A DNA stretch of 56,750 nucleotides from Gemmatimonadaceae bacterium (GCA_041743365.1 JBGTMW010000341.1:1-56750); one strand, 5' to 3'. Positions 26,044-36,711 are shown, counted from the stretch's first letter. Program-made: numbers and translations. Notes: generated by a model from the sequence alone, not told the origin.

Positions 26044-26244
26044 TCAGACTCGCTGGACGTTCGCCGCGTGCAGTCCCTTCGCGCCGGTCTGAATCTCGAA
26101 TTCGACTTCCTGCCCTTCGGCGAGTGTCTTGAATCCATCCATCGCGATTGCGGAGAAGTGCACGAAAACATCCTCGCCGCCGTCTTGTTCAATGAAGCCA
26201 TAACCCTTCGCGTCATTGAACCACTTCACTTTCCCTCTGGCCAT
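26044..26244 (-). CDS. cspA: cold-shock protein (CspA family)
   Basis: 66 aa, starting [21 protein letters not shown]1 (KGYGFI) and RNP2 (VFVHF) motifs are present. Confidence 0.93.
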   Translation of the reverse strand: MARGKVKWFNDAKGYGFIEQDGGEDVFVHFSAIAMDGFKTLAEGQEVEFEIQTGAKGLHAANVQRV

Positions 26245-26317
26245 ACGAGCTGCCTCCTGCGGGGTGAACCGGATCCTGCACGGGTGGTGCTGGGCAAGCC
26301 CACCGGCTTGCGCGCCC

Positions 26318-26346
26318 TATATAGGAGCGAATGGATATTTTGTCAA
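26318..26346 (-). promoter_or_regulatory. sigma70-type promoter of cspA
   Basis: On the minus strand, TTGACA is followed by a 17-nt spacer and then TATATA. The element ends about 70 nt upstream of the cspA ATG, which leaves a typical long csp leader. Confidence 0.55.
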
Positions 26347-26951
26347 GAGAACACCATACGGCACAACAGGATACCTCCTCCGACGCCCATTCCTATACGC
26401 AGGTTGTCGTCGAGAGGCGATGTTGGCCATTCCGCAGTCGCAGCGGCAAGTCCCGCTGCGATACTGAGCGCGGGATCAAGGCCTGCGACCATGAGAGCGC
26501 CGATTGCTGCCGCAGCTGCACATGCGACACTTCCCTCAACGGTCTTCGGCGACTTGCCGATCCGGTGGCGTCCGATCGTGCGGCCCACAATGGTTGCCAC
26601 CGCATCACCAACCGCGACAGCCCACATCGCCGCAATCGCCACAGGAGCATCGAAAAGAAGAACAGCGAGGAGGAAGGAGATCAGCAGCCAGGTAGCCCCG
26701 GACCAGCCATGCTGCTCATGTTCCCTCAGCAGAAGGCCGGTCACTCGACGAAAGGCAGCACCAGCTGGGCCTGACCAGTTCCGGACCAGCTCGACGACGA
26801 TGGCGACGACACAGGCGATTGCGAGACCAGATAGTATGACGCCGCGGCTTGTCCCGAGAGCATACGCCACTGGAACAACCACCCAGAACATGTGCAAGGC
26901 CTTGCGCGCCAGCTCCCACCGGAGAGCGAGGGGTGTCCCTGCCAGGGTCAC
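26343..26951 (-). CDS. CTP-transferase-1 family membrane protein (dolichol/polyprenol kinase or CdsA-like)
   Basis: Polytopic protein with the motif GDAVATIVGRTIGRHRIG..KTVEGSVA typical of the phosphatidate cytidylyltransferase / dolichol kinase family. The GTG start overlaps the stop of the upstream GWxTD gene. Confidence 0.6.
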   Translation of the reverse strand: MTLAGTPLALRWELARKALHMFWVVVPVAYALGTSRGVILSGLAIACVVAIVVELVRNWSGPAGAAFRRVTGLLLREHEQHGWSGATWLLISFLLAVLLFDAPVAIAAMWAVAVGDAVATIVGRTIGRHRIGKSPKTVEGSVACAAAAAIGALMVAGLDPALSIAAGLAAATAEWPTSPLDDNLRIGMGVGGGILLCRMVFS

Positions 26952-28345
26952 CGATTCTGTTCGCGGCGCAACGTGCTCTGGAATTCCAGCTCACTGTTCG
27001 GTGTGAGACGCCACCGATCAAATCCTGTCTGGTCGACAAAGACCAGACGTATCTGGAGCCGCTGATAGTCCCATATCTGGGCCTGGCCCCGCTGGTTCAT
27101 CTGGGTCGGGTTGGGCTCGATGATCTGATCGGGCTCTCCCAGCGCGACGAATACCATTCCGCGATCGGTCAGCCACCCGGCACCGCCTTCTTCGCGGAAC
27201 TCCATATTTGCACGCTGGATTCGAGCGAAGTAGAGCTGCAGGGCCTCATGCTGAGGTGTCGTGGGAATCGGATCCGTTTCCCGGAGAAACGTGGCCCAGG
27301 CTTCGCTTCGCATGTCGACCGAGGTATCCCTGAGAGCCCTGATTCGCGCCGGTGATGCGAAATAGCGAAGGTAGCTCAGCATGTCTTCGAACGATGCAAT
27401 GGGGAGCTCATCGCCGAAGCTGACGAACAGAGGAGTCCGCGTCGTGTCGGCGATGTCTGCACGCGAGAGGATCAGCTCCACTGCCCCAATTCCCACTCTC
27501 GCAACGGGCACCTGGACGATGCCGCTCGAGAGTCCACCAGATGTCGACAGCATCACGGATTCCGACCACAGAGTGGCGCCCTTGTCACTCCTCACGACCG
27601 CCTGCAGAAGCTCACCGGGAGCAAGGCCATAGGCCTCCACATAGGTGGACAGCAGGCTGTCACGACCAAAAACGGCTGTGGACCGTGGACTCGCGACGAG
27701 GTGCGGCAACGAGTCGATACTGGAACGAGGGGTAGCTTCGTGTATCGGCACCGAGGAGGAAAGACCACGGGCCCGGATCGCGGGAATCGTGATGTCGGCT
27801 TCGTAGGTCCCGGCTCTCGACCCGGCTTCGTCCCTGACCGCAAGCGAGAGTCGATATCGACCCGGCGCGAGCTGGAAGTACTCCTGAAAGATTACGCTCT
27901 CTTCGCCCCGCGTCGTCTCCCTGAAGCTGCGGACGCGGACGACTTCCTTCGCGTCGAAGCGGTGCACTACCGAAGCTCCACTCCGTATGTCGGCCGTGAC
28001 CGAATAGCCGGCACGGAACCGATCTCCTTCCCGATTGAAGGTCAGCGTTCGTGCAGTGAGCGACAGCGTCAGCAGGGAAAGCGTGCTGTCCGGATGCGGG
28101 GTCGCAAAGTGACCGATCGTGCCCACGTATGACACCGGGCCTATCACCGAGATCAGCCCGGCTTTTTCGTACAGGGCCGCTCCTGTCCCGCTGGCCAGGC
28201 CGGCCCCTCTTCGTGATCCGGGCGTCGCACCCTCGTTCCCCACCCGGGATCCGCTGGCACAGGCAGTCGCCGTGAGGAGAACAGCTAGAGCCAGCAGCGA
28301 GGAAGTGCGTGACGCCCGGCAGAATCGAGCCAATGAACTGATCAT
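26948..28345 (-). CDS. GWxTD domain-containing lipoprotein
   Basis: Lipobox LLTATAC. The C-terminal signature is GWLTDRGMVFVALGEPDQI (the GWxTD motif). Confidence 0.75.
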   Translation of the reverse strand: MISSLARFCRASRTSSLLALAVLLTATACASGSRVGNEGATPGSRRGAGLASGTGAALYEKAGLISVIGPVSYVGTIGHFATPHPDSTLSLLTLSLTARTLTFNREGDRFRAGYSVTADIRSGASVVHRFDAKEVVRVRSFRETTRGEESVIFQEYFQLAPGRYRLSLAVRDEAGSRAGTYEADITIPAIRARGLSSSVPIHEATPRSSIDSLPHLVASPRSTAVFGRDSLLSTYVEAYGLAPGELLQAVVRSDKGATLWSESVMLSTSGGLSSGIVQVPVARVGIGAVELILSRADIADTTRTPLFVSFGDELPIASFEDMLSYLRYFASPARIRALRDTSVDMRSEAWATFLRETDPIPTTPQHEALQLYFARIQRANMEFREEGGAGWLTDRGMVFVALGEPDQIIEPNPTQMNQRGQAQIWDYQRLQIRLVFVDQTGFDRWRLTPNSELEFQSTLRREQNR

Positions 28346-28454
28346 GGTACGTGCTCCGGATCGGAGAACATGCTGTGGGCAATGACTTGATACCCAACAA
28401 TACGTCGGAGTTGCCTTGCTTGCCTCGACACGTTGTCTCGGTTAGGTTCGCCGC

Positions 28455-29363
28455 GTGTCACGAGAGTCACTCGTCGGTAAGCTGTTCGCCGGTTTTTCGA
28501 TCCACAGCCTCGTCGGCGAGGGCGGAACGTCCACTGTGTATCGCGCGACACATCCGCAGCATGGTGTCGTCGCGATCAAGGTGCTGCGCGAGAAGCTTCG
28601 GCAGGACCGGACGGCGGTTGCCCGGTTTCTCCGCGAAGCGAAATACGGCACCCGGGTTTCGCATCCCAACGTCGTACGCACCATTGAGATCGGCGAAGCC
28701 GGTCCGGGGCTCCATTTTCTCGCAATCGAATGGGCTGCCGGAGAGATTCTGGACAGGTACGCCAAGCGAACAGGCCCCCTTCCGCCCGAAGAGGTGGCCG
28801 AGATTGTTCTCCAGATCGCCCAGGCAGTTCACGCCGCTCACGCAGCGGGCATTGTGCATCGTGACCTGAAGCCGGAAAACGTGATGTACGACCCGGCGAA
28901 TCGCCAGGTCAAACTACTCGATTTCGGGATTGCGACGGCCACCGATGCAGGAACCGAAGACCGGCTCACCCGGGCAGGGTTTTTCGTCGGAACCCTCATG
29001 TACATCGCGCCTGAAGCGCTATCCGGGGAAATCGTCACACCTGCTGCCGATCAGTACAGCCTGGCCACGATAGCCTACAACCTACTCACATGTGCGCTTC
29101 CCTATCAGGGAAAGACGCCTCGAGAGCTGTTCACGCAGCTGCTCTCTCAGCCACCTACACCTCTCAACAAAGCGAAGCGAGAGCTGGACTTTGGCCCCCA
29201 GGTCGAGTCAGTGATCGCCATGGCACTCTCGCGCGACCCTGCCCGGCGCTACCCTGACACCCTGATCTTCGCTCAGGAGCTCCGGGCGGCACTGCTGACC
29301 CCGCCGTCAGGAAAGGAGCGCATCAGCTCGAAGCTCAAGGACTTCTTCCGCCCAAAGCCGTAG
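28455..29363 (+). CDS. Ser/Thr protein kinase (kinase domain only)
   Basis: Motifs are GEGGTSTVY, VAIK, HRDLKPEN, DFG and APE. The 302-aa protein has no sensor or TM extension. Confidence 0.88.
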   Translation: MSRESLVGKLFAGFSIHSLVGEGGTSTVYRATHPQHGVVAIKVLREKLRQDRTAVARFLREAKYGTRVSHPNVVRTIEIGEAGPGLHFLAIEWAAGEILDRYAKRTGPLPPEEVAEIVLQIAQAVHAAHAAGIVHRDLKPENVMYDPANRQVKLLDFGIATATDAGTEDRLTRAGFFVGTLMYIAPEALSGEIVTPAADQYSLATIAYNLLTCALPYQGKTPRELFTQLLSQPPTPLNKAKRELDFGPQVESVIAMALSRDPARRYPDTLIFAQELRAALLTPPSGKERISSKLKDFFRPKP

Positions 29364-29398
29364 GCCATCGGAAGGGCGGCTGGCCTTCGTGCCCCGCA

Positions 29399-31183
29399 TC
29401 AACCTTCCACTACCGGCTTTACTCTGGTCGGAGACCGCCGCTCGTCTGCCAGCTTCAGGTCAGCCGGATCTACCGGAAGCCAGAGCGTGAAGGTCGATCC
29501 CTCGCCAATCGTGCTCTCCACCACAATGTCACCCCCGAGCAGCTTGGCGAGTCGTCGGGATATCGACAGCCCAAGTCCCGTCCCACGCTGCATTGACTCG
29601 CCGCGGGGGCCTGCGCCTACCTGCTCGAACTCGTCGAAAATCCGCTCGAGATCCGATCCTGCAATGCCAATTCCCGTATCAATGACCTGAAGAGCTATCC
29701 AGAGTCCTTGCGCGGGTGAGGGAAGCGGGTGGAGCCAGACCTTTTCCGGAGTAGAGCGTCCACTCTCATTGCCCGATCCACTGGCGGGCTGGGCACCGAC
29801 GAGTCGTGCCCGAATCGAGATCGTCCCTGCGTTGGTGTACTTGATCGCATTTCCAACCAGGTTGACCAGAATCTGACGGAGATGCGTCGGGTCGGTGCGC
29901 AGTCGAGGAAGAGTCGCTCCGACTCCCAGGGAAAGAGCAAGTTCCCGTTCCGTGATCAGCGCTTCCATTTCGCCCACTATGTCGAGAACGAACGATCTCA
30001 GGTCAACAACATCGGTGTGGACCTCCAGACGGCCTGCCGTGATCTTGGCCAGATCGAGAACCTGATCCACGAGATGGCGCAGATGGTTAGCCGAGGCTGC
30101 AATGCGATCCACCGGCCCTATTTGCCGTGGCGCCAGCTCGCCATAGACGCCATCCCGCAACAGGTCCACGAATCCGACGATCGCGTTCAATGGCGTCCGA
30201 AGTTCGTGGGAAACGTTGGCCAGGAATTCACTCTTTGCCCTGTTCGCATGCAGTAGCTCGCTCGACAGGTGCTCGAGCTCCTGTGAGCGTTCCGCAATCC
30301 GTTTAGACTGGCCTCGTTCCCGAAGCCAACCCACGACGAGCACCACCAATGCCGCCAGTCCAAATCCCCAGAGCGCAAGGCGCACGATCCAGCTCGTGGA
30401 CGGATGTGCGACATGGACCACCCACTGATCACCCCCCGGCAGAATTACCGGTGAAGTGCTCGAATCGACCGAGAAGGTCAGGCGCCTGCCCGGAACACTC
30501 ACCAGCATATCGCTTCCGGCTGTGATCGACAGGCGACTGCGATCAGCGGAGAAGCGCGTATTGAGGACCGCGAGGAGCTCGTCCATCAGAACACCGGCCA
30601 GAACGAGCCCCACCACACTGTCCGCAGTCATGACAGGAGAGACCATCACGAAACCGCGCTCACCTGTGAAGAGCTCACCGGCCAGAGACAACCGAGGCAC
30701 GCGAAGTCGCCGAGCTGTCGCCACGGCTGAGTCGATCCCGAGTCTGCTCAGAGTATCGACATCGATCTGTGCGCCGCTTTCAGGCCTCTGCGTCGATCGG
30801 CTCCCGGTGTCGCCAAGCGTCGAGTTCAGGACCACTACGCCATCAGCACCGGTAATCCAGATGCCCCGAAAGCCGTCGATATGCGTATTCAGCAGTCCGA
30901 CGAGACGCATGAAATGCGCGGAATCCGAGACCTGCCGCGGAGGGACAAACATCTCGGTAAACCCGCGCAGCGATCCGGCGTAAAGCTCGAGAAAACCCTC
31001 TGCTCGTGCTGCTGCTTCGCCAGCATCCGACGCTGTTCGCGTCTGGGCACTTCGTGCCAATCCCTGATCGACCGCGAATAGCCCCCCCACAATCAGCAGG
31101 AAGACCACCAGAGGTGCGCCTGCAAAGACCAGCATGGCCAAGCGGGAAGCGAGAGATCCGGAGTGGGGCACGGCGAGAAGCAT
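29399..31183 (-). CDS. sensor histidine kinase with periplasmic sensor domain
   Basis: Two TM segments flank a periplasmic domain of about 230 aa. H box is SHELRTPLNAI, N box is LVGNAIKYT, G1 is DTGIGI and G2 is GTGLGLSI. Confidence 0.88.
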   Translation of the reverse strand: MLLAVPHSGSLASRLAMLVFAGAPLVVFLLIVGGLFAVDQGLARSAQTRTASDAGEAAARAEGFLELYAGSLRGFTEMFVPPRQVSDSAHFMRLVGLLNTHIDGFRGIWITGADGVVVLNSTLGDTGSRSTQRPESGAQIDVDTLSRLGIDSAVATARRLRVPRLSLAGELFTGERGFVMVSPVMTADSVVGLVLAGVLMDELLAVLNTRFSADRSRLSITAGSDMLVSVPGRRLTFSVDSSTSPVILPGGDQWVVHVAHPSTSWIVRLALWGFGLAALVVLVVGWLRERGQSKRIAERSQELEHLSSELLHANRAKSEFLANVSHELRTPLNAIVGFVDLLRDGVYGELAPRQIGPVDRIAASANHLRHLVDQVLDLAKITAGRLEVHTDVVDLRSFVLDIVGEMEALITERELALSLGVGATLPRLRTDPTHLRQILVNLVGNAIKYTNAGTISIRARLVGAQPASGSGNESGRSTPEKVWLHPLPSPAQGLWIALQVIDTGIGIAGSDLERIFDEFEQVGAGPRGESMQRGTGLGLSISRRLAKLLGGDIVVESTIGEGSTFTLWLPVDPADLKLADERRSPTRVKPVVEG

Positions 31184-31277
31184 CCTTCACGGGTGTTTCG
31201 AAAGCAAGCACACTGTTTCCGGACTGAAACCGGTGTCCATTGACGTGGCCGGGCTACCCCCATACCCTGACGGCGCC

Positions 31278-31850
31278 ATGGACAACCACCAGAAGCTCGT
31301 CGCGATGCTAGCCGAACGATCTGCTCGACGAGGTCAATTCACCCTTGCATCGAGCCGGACCTCGACGCTTTACATCGATGCCCGGATGACGACGATGAGA
31401 CCTGAGGGCCTCTCACTCATTGGCCAGCTCGGACTCGAGGAACTGGCCAGGGCTGGCTGGAGTCCGCAATCGATTGGCGGGCTTACGCTGGGCGCTGATC
31501 CGATCAGCTATGCGATCAGTTACGCCAGCAGCATGACGAACATGCCCATACGGGCATTCACCGTCCGCAAGACTGCGAAGCTCCATGGGACAGGAAAACT
31601 GATCGAAGGCCCGTTCACCGAGGGTGACCGCGTAGTCGTGATCGAGGATGTCGTAACTACCGGTGGCTCTGCAATCAGGGCCATTGAAGCCATCCGGAGT
31701 TCAGGGGGGCAGATCCTCGGCGTGCTGGCGCTCGTGGACAGGGAGGAGGGGGGGCGGGCAGCGATCGAGAAGGAGGGTCTCGGTGTTCGCGTGCTAGTGT
31801 CCGCCGGGGCTATCGTCAGTCACCTGAACCGGAACTCCGGGGACCTCTAG
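31278..31850 (+). CDS. pyrE: orotate phosphoribosyltransferase
   Basis: I moved the start to MDNHQKLV. The protein has FTLASSRTSTLYID and the PRPP loop VVVIEDVVTTGGS. Confidence 0.88.
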   Translation: MDNHQKLVAMLAERSARRGQFTLASSRTSTLYIDARMTTMRPEGLSLIGQLGLEELARAGWSPQSIGGLTLGADPISYAISYASSMTNMPIRAFTVRKTAKLHGTGKLIEGPFTEGDRVVVIEDVVTTGGSAIRAIEAIRSSGGQILGVLALVDREEGGRAAIEKEGLGVRVLVSAGAIVSHLNRNSGDL

Positions 31851-32882
31851 GAAGACGGGTCCTTCAGCCCATACCCGGACTCCTGTGTGCGTAGACAGTT
31901 CCGGTGCGAGCACGAGTGCGGGTGAGATCTCCCCGTCGGGGTTGGGCTCTTCGGAAGTCACGCTGATCACCACGGAACGGTCTCGTATCTCCGCTTCCTC
32001 GATGCGAATCGTGGATCCGGATGAGATCTGTCCCAGCAAGGTGACGAGAACCGCCTTGAGCATGAGCTCGAAACCCATGGGATCGGCCGAGATCGTTGGA
32101 AGGCTCTCGCTGACCTCAATGGCGCAGGAAACAGCGCCACATGGCTCCCTCAAGTCCCTCCGGACAGCGAGGGCTATGTCCCGCAACGAGATGCGCTGTT
32201 TCGAGAACGCCAGCTCATGGGCCACGTCATCACCAAGACCCATCGCGATGAGCCCATCCAGGGATGTCGCATTGCGAGTCACCATGACTCTGAACCTCGG
32301 ATCGGCACGAAGCTCTGCGGGAACCGAAAGGTCGTCCATCATGGAGATGGCGCTCTTGATGGTACCCAGGGGGTTACGGAGGTCGTGGCGCAGCGTCTGA
32401 TAACGGTCCCGTAACGCATTGAGATAGGAATGGGTGAATCCCTTTGCCGCAGTCAATCTGAGGAGAGAGCCCGCTTCATGAAGCCTCCGCGCGACCTGCA
32501 TTCCCTCTACGGGTGAGCCGTCGGCTCCTCCAAGTCCTCGTTCACACGCGTAGAGCACCATGGCCATCAGCAGATCGACTTCCTTCAGCATGTAGTGCAG
32601 CGTCACGCCGGCATGATGGGCACTGGATCCCAAGCTCCAGCCCTGAAGCATGAGATCCGTTTGCCACGAGCTGCTTCGTGCTATGGCCTCCGCAATCGCA
32701 TCCACGATCGTCTGCACATTGGTTGTTTCGGCATCGGCTTCGGAAGCCGTGCCATCTGCAGCACGCGGCGCGTGGAGGGCAGCCTGGGCCCTCCAGCGAG
32801 CGCTGAGCTCCGCGGCTTCGGCATGGAGGCCCGCCGCGATCTGTTTCGCCAGCGTCGGCGTGCTGTCCAAGTCACTCCGCAA
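31794..32882 (-). CDS. histidine-kinase-like protein with degenerate ATP-binding domain
   Basis: The H box [16 protein letters not shown] is present. No N-box Asn, DxGxG or GxGxG motif is recognisable in the C-terminal 110 aa. The N-terminal helical domain is of unknown type. Confidence 0.6.
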   Translation of the reverse strand: MRSDLDSTPTLAKQIAAGLHAEAAELSARWRAQAALHAPRAADGTASEADAETTNVQTIVDAIAEAIARSSSWQTDLMLQGWSLGSSAHHAGVTLHYMLKEVDLLMAMVLYACERGLGGADGSPVEGMQVARRLHEAGSLLRLTAAKGFTHSYLNALRDRYQTLRHDLRNPLGTIKSAISMMDDLSVPAELRADPRFRVMVTRNATSLDGLIAMGLGDDVAHELAFSKQRISLRDIALAVRRDLREPCGAVSCAIEVSESLPTISADPMGFELMLKAVLVTLLGQISSGSTIRIEEAEIRDRSVVISVTSEEPNPDGEISPALVLAPELSTHTGVRVWAEGPVFLEVPGVPVQVTDDSPGGH

Positions 32883-33061
32883 GATCTTCCGGCCTCCTGG
32901 TAAATCGAACGATCACAACCGATCCTCCCGACAGCTGGTGCAGGACACTCTGCAATCACACCTCAATCGCATCATCGATGCCAGTCCAGCCAACCAAGGA
33001 CCGGTTGGAAGTCCGCACGGTGCACGGTTCCGGAACACATTGGAATGAAGGAGAATACGGC

Positions 33062-34798
33062 ATGGATGGCACATCTCCGCGATCATCGGTGAACCCGGAA
33101 GCCCGTGATGAGCAAAGCCCATTGGGGACCGCCTTCTCGGCCGAGATTACACCAGAGGAGGAGCGTGAGAAGGATTTCACGACGTTCCGCCTTGGATCCC
33201 GGCGACGAATGTGGGGGATCCTTGTGGTCGGCACAGCACTCTTCATCGCCGTCATCACAAAGGCGATTCCCGAGGTATCACGCGTCACAATGGGAAGTAT
33301 CGCTCTGGGCGCGATTGTACTCAATGCGGTTCTCACGGGGCTGGCGACGAACCCGCGACGGTATCGTCCCTGGAACCGCTATGTCTTTGCCGCGCTCGAT
33401 GCGGCCCTGATCAGCACACTGGTCTTCTTTTTCGGATCCAACGGGCTTGTTGCACTCTACTTTCTGGCGATCGTTCCATATGCATTTGATCGCGGAGAGA
33501 GACTTGGGCATTTCATGACTCTGGCTTCCGTGATCGGGTTCCTCGCTGCCAGCTGGGGACATCGCATTATCAATCCAGCCTATGGGGATCCGTTTGCCTG
33601 GAGCCTCATCACGGCACTTCTCATGGCAGTCGTTGCGACACAGATCATTCCGATTCCATCCCGGCTCATTCGTCGCATCCGGCACACGCGTGAATGCATT
33701 ACCCAGGCTGAACGGGGCAACATGCTCGCGCGGTCACATACGAAACACATCGATGAGCTCGGGCTGCTCGAACGAGGTTTCAACCACATGCTGGAGGAGT
33801 TCGGACGCATCATCGGAACCGTGCAGCACGAAGCCGATGAGGTGGCGGCATTCGCTGAAGGGCTTGCCTCCGCTACGCAATTGTTGAGTCGGACAGGTTC
33901 TGATTTTGCCGGCACTGCGCATGGCCTGACCGTGTGTCTGGAGAAGCAGCGGGACTATACGGAAACCGGAGCCCGCCAGACCGTTGAGGCACTCGAGGCA
34001 TCCGAGCGCCTTCGCGAGCGAGCAGAAGATATGGAGACCGATGCCCACTCATTGGTAAACGCTGCCGCCACGAGCCGTGATGCGATCGGGCGTGCTGCCG
34101 ATACGCTGGTCACGATCGGGCTGAAGGTACGTGACACGGCAACGACTGTCGCTACTCTTGCAAGCGCTTCGGAAAGGGTCGGTGAGTTCGTGGAAGCGGT
34201 GTCCAGAATCGCTCGTCAGACAAATCTGCTGGCATTGAATGCCGCAATCGAGGCTGCCAGGGCCGGAGAACAGGGGAAGGGCTTTGCAGTTGTCGCAGAG
34301 GAGGTTCGCAAGCTCGCGGAAGAGAGTAGTCGTGCAGCCAGAGAAGTCACGACAACCATTGCAACCGTTCGGGAAAACATTGCAACAGCGGTCCTGTCGA
34401 TGACGGAAGGAGAACAGGAGGTTCGCAATGTCGGCGAGATTGCCATGGAAGCAAACACTGCATTGAGCGTCATGCTCGGCGGAATCGAGCGGATCGCTGA
34501 AGTGATCAGTGAGGCCGCGGACATTTCTCGCCGGCAGTCATCCGCCATGGCCAATCTTTCGGCAGTCATCCAGAACGTCCAGGCAGTTTCGCTCGAGGCG
34601 GCTGGCCAGGCCCAGGATGCAAGTCAAGTCACGACGCAGCAGACGACATCCCTTCAGGGCCTCACTGACACGTCTCAGCAACTTGCTGCTCTGGCGGACA
34701 GGCTCCGTCAGTCCATCAGTCGCTTCGCCGTAGCAGAAAGCCGGGAGTTCACGATCCCCTCGCGGATACCCAGCCTGGTGGCCCTGTCAAGGGAGTGA
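33062..34798 (+). CDS. methyl-accepting chemotaxis protein with multi-TM sensor module
   Basis: I placed the start at ATG 33062, which is preceded by AAGGAG. The protein has several TM helices, a HAMP-like segment, and the conserved signalling hairpin [40 protein letters not shown]. Confidence 0.85.
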   Translation: MDGTSPRSSVNPEARDEQSPLGTAFSAEITPEEEREKDFTTFRLGSRRRMWGILVVGTALFIAVITKAIPEVSRVTMGSIALGAIVLNAVLTGLATNPRRYRPWNRYVFAALDAALISTLVFFFGSNGLVALYFLAIVPYAFDRGERLGHFMTLASVIGFLAASWGHRIINPAYGDPFAWSLITALLMAVVATQIIPIPSRLIRRIRHTRECITQAERGNMLARSHTKHIDELGLLERGFNHMLEEFGRIIGTVQHEADEVAAFAEGLASATQLLSRTGSDFAGTAHGLTVCLEKQRDYTETGARQTVEALEASERLRERAEDMETDAHSLVNAAATSRDAIGRAADTLVTIGLKVRDTATTVATLASASERVGEFVEAVSRIARQTNLLALNAAIEAARAGEQGKGFAVVAEEVRKLAEESSRAAREVTTTIATVRENIATAVLSMTEGEQEVRNVGEIAMEANTALSVMLGGIERIAEVISEAADISRRQSSAMANLSAVIQNVQAVSLEAAGQAQDASQVTTQQTTSLQGLTDTSQQLAALADRLRQSISRFAVAESREFTIPSRIPSLVALSRE

Positions 34799-35630
34799 GA
34801 TGGCGCAGTGCCGGGAGGAACGGAAGCACGAGCTCCTGACGAAATCGGTGCAGCATACCCTCTCCATCATATCGCTGGCGGAACTCAACGGCTGTTATTC
34901 GGAGAAGCGTGCGCACATGACGTCCAAAGCTCTGCGGTGACGAGTAGTCCAGGTAATTCGCGACATTCGCAACAGACAAGCCGCTATTCTCGAACATGCT
35001 GGCAGCCCGGGTCAAGCGAGCCATTGCGAGATATCGCTTCGGAGAAGGAAGTCGCGCACGAAAGAAGCGACTCATCATGGTGCTCGGCAACACATCCAGG
35101 TTGCATGCCAGTATGCGAACCGTGCTCACTTGCGGCGAGCATTGAAAAAGCATTTCAAAGAATCGCCAGCAGTCGGGTGGAACTCCTGCAAGATCCGAAG
35201 TGAGTTGAGAGAGTGCCAGCCTTTGAATATCCGTCGCTCTGTCAGCCATGAGCAAATGCCTGAGCTTGTGCCATCCGGAGGCATGCCTGGCATCGATGAG
35301 CATTCGGACTCCGCTCCGTCCGAGAGTCAGGACAGTCTCCGGCGTTTGCGGGTCTAGTTCCGTAAGAAGGGCAACGGCAGGTATTCGGGGAAACTCCCGT
35401 ACCATGCTTGCCACACGGCCGGTAGCATCACGGTTCGAGCATCGGCTCACCGACATGATTACGGCCATTGCTCCATTTTCCTTGAGATCCCGTATGGCAT
35501 CGTCTACGGAGTCGCGGTGCCTGGCATGGTAGAGGCCCTCTCCGGCAGCATCCACCCGGAGACGTTCGTTCGGTGTGAGAATCGTCGTTATGGATGCCAG
35601 GTCATCGCCTTTGTCGGAACCGGGGAACAT
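34749..35630 (-). CDS. AraC-type HTH transcriptional regulator with receiver-like N-terminal domain
   Basis: The C-terminal AraC HTH is [35 protein letters not shown]. The N-terminal half looks alpha/beta and receiver-like, but I see no clear phospho-acceptor signature. Confidence 0.6.
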   Translation of the reverse strand: MFPGSDKGDDLASITTILTPNERLRVDAAGEGLYHARHRDSVDDAIRDLKENGAMAVIMSVSRCSNRDATGRVASMVREFPRIPAVALLTELDPQTPETVLTLGRSGVRMLIDARHASGWHKLRHLLMADRATDIQRLALSQLTSDLAGVPPDCWRFFEMLFQCSPQVSTVRILACNLDVLPSTMMSRFFRARLPSPKRYLAMARLTRAASMFENSGLSVANVANYLDYSSPQSFGRHVRTLLRITAVEFRQRYDGEGMLHRFRQELVLPFLPALRHLTPLTGPPGWVSARGS

Positions 35631-35861
35631 GGGCTTGTCCCCTCCTTCCAGTTTTCAGGGTACGCTTCGCTTTCCTTCCTGCGGAATTCCTCGCTCGAGT
35701 GTTGGATCCTCATGTCACTCGACCGTCACTCAAATACTCGGAAAGCTCGGGAGTTGATGCGAAGTCCATACACTCCATCACTTCGGCTTGTCCTCGACCA
35801 TTGCAGTTGACATCTTCTGAATCCCTCAACAGTCACGTTCTCCCAACATGGACTGGCATCT

Positions 35862-36689
35862 GTGAAGACACTTTCCATCACACTGGTTGCGTTGCTCCAG
35901 TTCCTGACGATCGGTTGCACGCGCGAAACGGGAGACACACCCCGAGCAGTCCCGGCAACAATCCTCATTGCACATGCCACTCAACGAGCAGCATTTCGAA
36001 TCGTCGGTGCCGATACTCTCTCCGACTCTACCAGAATTACCGGCATCTTTCCCGAGCAGGACGGGGATGGTATAGCCATCCTTTTCGCCGATCCGGCGAG
36101 AGGTGTGTCCGCCGGGCTCGCGCTCATTGATCGACAGATGACGACGCCACAGCTCGTATGGCCCGATTCAATAATCCGGGTTTGGTGGACAGGTCCTCAC
36201 ATACTCGCATTCGCTACAACGACAGGAGAGGGAATCAGGCTCGTGGTTGACATCCACGCCGCAGAGCTGAGAGTAGCCGATACGGCAGCGGCTGGAGGCG
36301 TTCCCCGGCCGCCCGGGCCTGTCACTGCTGACGAGTCCGTGACGCTGCGGGCGAGAGCCTATGTCGATTCCATCCACCTGCAGCCAGCTACACAATCCCG
36401 GCAAACCACGCTTGTGTACTCGGTGACGAGGGTAATTCCATCCCCGGATGGAACCATGGCTGCCTTCCATTCCATTGCGCGTGATACACGTGGTGGTCAG
36501 ATGAACCCGGCCTGGTTCGCCCTCGATCGGACGACTGGATCTGTGGTCTCTCTTGACCAGATCACGGGGCCTGCCGGTGAACTCCCGGAACAAACAGGTG
36601 AATGGAGCAGCAATGCCTCATTCTTCTATGCAAAGGGTCTGGCAATATGGGAAGCCGAGATCCAGCGATCCTCGAAACCCCAGACCTGA
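35862..36689 (+). CDS. hypothetical lipoprotein
   Basis: GTG start and lipobox LQFLTIGC. I recognise no family. Confidence 0.45.
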   Translation: MKTLSITLVALLQFLTIGCTRETGDTPRAVPATILIAHATQRAAFRIVGADTLSDSTRITGIFPEQDGDGIAILFADPARGVSAGLALIDRQMTTPQLVWPDSIIRVWWTGPHILAFATTTGEGIRLVVDIHAAELRVADTAAAGGVPRPPGPVTADESVTLRARAYVDSIHLQPATQSRQTTLVYSVTRVIPSPDGTMAAFHSIARDTRGGQMNPAWFALDRTTGSVVSLDQITGPAGELPEQTGEWSSNASFFYAKGLAIWEAEIQRSSKPQT

Positions 36690-36711
36690 TCAGCAACCCG
36701 GGTTGGTGCAG

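Noticed and set aside
35631-35861. The 231-bp divergent spacer between the AraC-type gene and the lipoprotein gene, together with overlapping ORFs 35594..36130 and 35517..35810, considered as a possible small gene.
   Set aside because: The ORFs overlap the better-supported lipoprotein frame and have no motifs or start context. Most likely this is a regulatory region.
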